Virus record (IMG/VR): IMGVR_UViG_3300032040_000017
Coordinates: 1 to 46,021 of that record
DNA from: a virus
Lineage: Duplodnaviria; Caudoviricetes
Length of the DNA stretch: 46,021 bases
Direction: 5' to 3' (one strand)
Below, one piece after another: positions 45,001 through 46,021 of this stretch (the stretch's first letter is position 1; every line of letters starts with the position of its first letter). Below the pieces are notes generated by a model. The model made no database searches. It worked only from the letters and a program-made list of their open reading frames with translations, and was not told the origin of the DNA. A program made the position numbers and the translations under genes.

Positions 45001-46021
45001 AGAAATGGTTTGGTGGTAGCAAGATAGTGGACGAGAGCGGCCAGCCCCTAACGGTCTACCACGGCACGAACGCCACGTTTACCGAGTTTAGCCGCGACCA
45101 GAAAGGCAGCAATACCGGCTGGGAAAACACCAACCTTGGCTTTTACTTCATTGCCGATCGTAATCTTGCGCAAGAGTTTGCCAACGAGTCGGGCGGCGAT
45201 ACCGTCATGGACGCTTACCTGTCCATTCAGAAGCCCTTGCGGCTGACGGCAAAAGACCTGTTCAGCAAAGAATCACAAGCCAGCACCGTTTATGAAGTCA
45301 TGACCGGTGAGCGCCTGAGCAATTCGGAGGCACTGGATGCCATTAACGAGGAAATCGGTTTAGGCGAGATGGCCGAGGCCATGAACTCCCTGGCCACCGA
45401 CGACGCCAAGGCGATCATGGAGCGCGACGGCTACGACGGTGTGATCTCTGATTATGGTGATGGCACGCTTGAGTACGTCGCTTTCAACCCTGAGCAGATC
45501 CGACTGGCCGATCAGGAAGCGGCCACCGGCGTTCGATTCTTCACGTTCTCAGGCAAAGAGGGCGCTGATGTGCTGCGCTCTGACTTGAGCAAGGCGGTGT
45601 CTAACGTGCCCGAGCTCGCCAGCACCAATGTCATAGAGTCTACGGATCAACTGCCCAAGAAAGCGCGGGACGAGATCAAGGCGAGAGGCATTGACCCTGC
45701 AAGCGTGCGAGGCCTCTACGTTGACGACCAGCTGTATGTGGTTGCTGGCAATATTGAGACGATCCAGGACGGCATCCGTGTCGCGGTCCATGAAGCGGTA
45801 GGCCACAAAGGCATTCGCGGTGTGCTGGGTGAAAGCCTGGATACCGTCATGCTGCAGCTTTACCGGAGCCTGCCGAACACACCCGAGGGCCGGGCCGCAC
45901 TGGACGAAGTTAAACGCGAATACACGTTTCTGGATCCAGCTCAGCGAGACGATCGCATTCAGATCGCCGAAGAAATGGTCGCGCACCTGCTGGAAAAAGG
46001 CCACCGACCGAAAGCCTGGCA
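36063..46021 (+). CDS. Giant polyvalent protein (>3,300 aa, runs off right edge): ParB-like, GGDEF, N6-adenine MTase, strawberry-notch SF2 helicase, ART-PolyVal, zincin metallopeptidase
   Basis: ATG 36063 behind GGGAG; all motifs in one frame: DGHHR 37668, DALTGLGNRR/SGDEF 38946-39146, EPTAGNG 40380, NPPF 40551, DQTGVGKGR 41592, DEAH 41970, QMLGRINRTGQ 43167, YHGT 45057, HEAVGH 45789; absence from the track fits an ORF with no stop in the window. Confidence 0.92.
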   Translation, partial: MSLLNQIRSKNPALASKSDEEIKSDIRKFPEFSTFTDSQFDRFVTGSYGQDSGSDKPDSDSTPGFTGGLAAGVDQVQGMGGGLIQAAGAAVESDALWDFGKDMYERNMAEAGENALDYGFTDIRGAGDAFNWARYTAGNLLPTLAVSLAGGGIGGVAGRVLAGEVAKQSAIRAGQGIGAMLASSGMETGSIMGETETLDVSLAHGVLAGSLDALLPFHLLRKAGAGGVADRATDEIGDSVLRSLRSTAAQSGRAAAGKGSLIGLIAEAPTEGLQGLIGQHANYWVENNGESLLNNLSEVDWKAVIDEAAAGGLMGGGLGAPVGLIERGKARSQVARIDEAKRAAEQEGGDALDQLRAAQEAERRGQSEGDIPTPQPGDMPGDFSTPYDVPPVPKGLREQDRPAGTVRDLESGGAPRVVFDDQPAPAPLTDEQERAQFGMTRAELEAMRDQAQNRTQPAEDPALAGRSENGLTGEGTGVYRVPVDQLQVDPDQYQFRSRMNQSGVDSRLDSVKKWDENRAGDILVHRRSDGSLFVADGHHRLDLAKRLGQKDVNVRILDEADGVDVPGARVEAAMANIADGKAEPLDVAKVFRDIDEPNKEIRKSYNLPNKQVTLDGEALANLSDNAFGMVVAGQLSEKDGAAVGANFEGSTQQEAAVRAFQNITPKTASERQLLVNEIRAAGFAETQGNQGGLFGDDPAEISLLQKRLSVLDSLRQALAFDKKLFGSLNKNAGRAGEAGNQIATEANKDITEESAKALDMINRVSTTPALNDMVNRAARRLVDGEKKAPVVRDLKTELLAYEQTNNQSGTVGTGRQGSTPVPGNQPATGQGLGPAESERVPGQNAAGADQGGKSQGARSEVAPDLDLETQTEGELSRRDRVRQQAEKAKTDQRRKDEKREQADAEAGDFTLSGSDSAVDKAEARGQENMFDEPGPGRRQDEEGRRRVNEMTDKEMRKALLIDALTGLGNRRAYAENERKPVQVSADADSLKWINDNMSHGAGDKMLEAIGRAFKAQDADAYHPSGDEFWLQARTEQEAERIMQAVASDLEGAIIEFELPSGEVITKRGIGISYGTAGTIETAEQRLQENKSERERTGQRSGRGEIPPGVTRRDPGVSGELAGENQSPQSDAAERPGLDPAALTGKEKRKAKLESLRADAAELGIDGAGKSRKELKDLMAESAPAQEPAPKQKPEASKNTIVTDDAAEKARAILKAKLGQMNAGLDPEMYQAGITLTLYHIEKGARTFSAYAQAMVADLGDMAKPYLKQWYLGAKFDPRSTEMEGLDGAGLVEDARIDDILAEGAETTPATAPDTAPVADETLSGVLYQRLDEITDNRKLKAVVADYLGKKPADVTDQEMKQAQEALEGALVNRARDIVQRDASRSDREVFDELQALYAAQPNLNVRSSSSMERQAYSTPAPLAFLSSRLAGITEATTVYEPTAGNGMLLIGAPTDNVIANELDPGRAALLEIQGIEATQEDATTFVPGDKVDSVIMNPPFGRLKDEDGNAKPVKVDGYTIKSIDHLIAAKALEAMRDDGQATMIIGASKAAGEIGAADRTFFNWLYRTYNVTSHFEVDGDLYNRQGAGWPVRVITINGRKASNQISPKSGVIERAMNWSEVYEQYQRGLAAQESDARGSTNSSGTDQQDTENGPIPAANGDRQQNRPDGPARRARGRGRVGTAADGPGTGGGNRTADGNTTDGGGLVNGGQSEQSDISGRPDEQADSRASSAGGSGSANTGKLGVKSAKGKPGELNGSDFQAPYQTLSTGKNDNVLTPNNMALPLSQALSDLEQSVGNLDTYVQEKLGYDTIAEMHESFMGLQVDAVAASIYNIENNKGIIIADQTGVGKGRQAAAIIRYARRVGKTPIFMSVSPNLFSDMYGDLKDIGDHDVKPFVVNAGEKVTYKEREVYKARASGKKHSATLQAMAATGQMPADTDTLFLTYSQITADNLQRKVMKKMSENAIFVLDEAHNVSGARSSPIPAAKGGGERVTAAGFMFELIEDKPVVYLSATFAKRPDNLPIYYRTDLSDAVDDISQIEDAMASGGLPLQAVISNMLARAGQLFRRERSFDGIEINTSIDTDNTKAHERLADTVAKGLSAINTADKLFHNVAMEGVKEAEEGAGGSATGAGNRAGNVDHANFSSVIHNYIGQLLLGLKVERSASQAIELHKKGVKPVIALENTMGSFLSQYVEDMGLSVGDPVDATYNDILLRALDRSRRYSRTAPNGDKKAVQVSLGELDPMTRKAYLEAQKVIEDLDISDIPISPIDLMRYRMGQAGMKVSEITGRDLTLDYSTNPPTLAKRDSKEQNDKRATVDGFNSGRLDALVLNIAGSTGLSLHSASKFKDQKPRHMIVAQAPKDINILMQMLGRINRTGQVALPEYTMLGLNIPAEKRPLAVTAKKMKSLNANTSANDKSDTSVDAPDYLNKYGDQVVAEYLQGNPELALELDLVMPVADSGAEMGAQPGLAMKFTGRMARVPVETQKAAYDEVETTYAQLVEYLNKTGQNDLDPQTLELDAKILDSKVVYEGKDPTTIFGGNTTLHKIDAKYLGKPPTGKDVRDELAKTLKNTTEDAYAADLMAQLQASTGPQIMTDRAQERVRELDSTIQTEAEKDGLQDGTAQEIAEQAKLRDDADIAKKYLDLEGRLRDAVGAEKILSARLQDSRDRTTRAVNSTFKVGERVMLDLQDEVVTGVVTEIKINPKGKGDPYALSKTRVSFMVNSGVRTIDVPLSKLKESGAIYMQPLKRGTDADLDKIFKGQGSDGDMRETRFVATGNLIAAAADSSMPGRIIAFTDSTGKTHQGKLLPRRYEDENFDEAGAGQYMVLRDKAVLAKFLKNNPDDIRQAGGVFDPRQLVRLIPKANGKWAVTVAKANKEELARKVKFNQPLLSAMGMEFYGSGKTMEATFSPDRLNKVTEALASITPLSALPSLRKQWEKAGGKTASKAAQTFDDSPVDNRSGDVPAFSLSSQTDTDAFQKWFGGSKIVDESGQPLTVYHGTNATFTEFSRDQKGSNTGWENTNLGFYFIADRNLAQEFANESGGDTVMDAYLSIQKPLRLTAKDLFSKESQASTVYEVMTGERLSNSEALDAINEEIGLGEMAEAMNSLATDDAKAIMERDGYDGVISDYGDGTLEYVAFNPEQIRLADQEAATGVRFFTFSGKEGADVLRSDLSKAVSNVPELASTNVIESTDQLPKKARDEIKARGIDPASVRGLYVDDQLYVVAGNIETIQDGIRVAVHEAVGHKGIRGVLGESLDTVMLQLYRSLPNTPEGRAALDEVKREYTFLDPAQRDDRIQIAEEMVAHLLEKGHRPKAW
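38464..38646 (+). CDS. Nested +1-frame gene A inside the polyvalent gene (60 aa, helical)
   Basis: GGAG about 10 nt upstream of ATG; MSKPTISREQSERAAKDLPLYLATNRLLARGWDRQKVKEYLDKTPLEQIKAENRRAQEAK; GC3 shifts to this frame. Confidence 0.65.
   Translation: MSKPTISREQSERAAKDLPLYLATNRLLARGWDRQKVKEYLDKTPLEQIKAENRRAQEAK
40927..41328 (+). CDS. Nested +1-frame gene B inside the polyvalent gene (133 aa, acidic helical)
   Basis: GGAG 9 nt upstream of ATG; Leu/Glu-rich globular-looking sequence using CTG/GAG codons while the host frame reads as a G/D/R/S low-complexity linker. Confidence 0.7.
   Translation: MNSTSAVWLPKNLTPEGQQILAVPTSKTQKMDRFLLQMAIANKIVRMAQREELEDEDVLELLQMDPELAAAIGPLTETRPMAEALLMADSLNNLIFQADLTSKPTREPQALEDLEAQTLESWVSSLQRVSQGS

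Larger units (their letters stand above)
1..46021. mobile_element. Temperate podovirus-like phage/prophage (partial, both ends outside window)
   Basis: Lambdoid order of recombination, cI/cro, replication, nin, Q and lysis, then terminase, portal, capsid, short-tail and internal virion genes; no recognisable tape-measure, sheath or host housekeeping genes. Confidence 0.95.

Noticed and set aside
36181-46004. Other short ORFs on both strands within the giant gene (e.g. 37072, 37735, 39079, 41449, 42277, 42984, 45549)
   Set aside because: They overlap motif-bearing or normally biased stretches of the main frame and have shadow-type composition
1-46021. Host genus assignment, integrase and att sites
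   Set aside because: No host genes or integrase in the window; gene content suggests a proteobacterial host but nothing more specific can be supported

Overview
The whole window is one temperate, podovirus-type (P22/BPP-1-like) phage or prophage, cut off at both ends; no integrase or att site is visible. The leftward early arm (1-7.1 kb) holds a partial SAM methyltransferase, mosaic accessory genes, an XRE-DUF4224 fusion, DUF1351, a YqaJ exonuclease and an ERF annealase. It is followed by a cI/cro switch, O/P-like replication genes with iterons, a nin-like region, a Q-like regulator, a small reverse operon and a lysis cassette. The late region holds terS, a large terminase split into two genes around three small cargo genes (one Tad2/DUF2829-like), portal, scaffold, N4-gp56-type capsid and tail genes. 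A complete BPP-1-like diversity-generating retroelement follows (Mtd-like target with VR, avd, TR, RT; all 11 VR/TR mismatches are at TR adenines), then putative ejection proteins. The last 10 kb is a single >3,300-codon polyvalent protein missing from the ORF track (ParB-like, GGDEF, N6-MTase, strawberry-notch SF2 helicase, ART-PolyVal, zincin peptidase). The most unusual signal is two apparently genuine genes overprinted in the +1 frame inside linkers of this giant gene, each with its own RBS and a local shift of codon bias into that frame. Family names come from motif recognition, not database searches.
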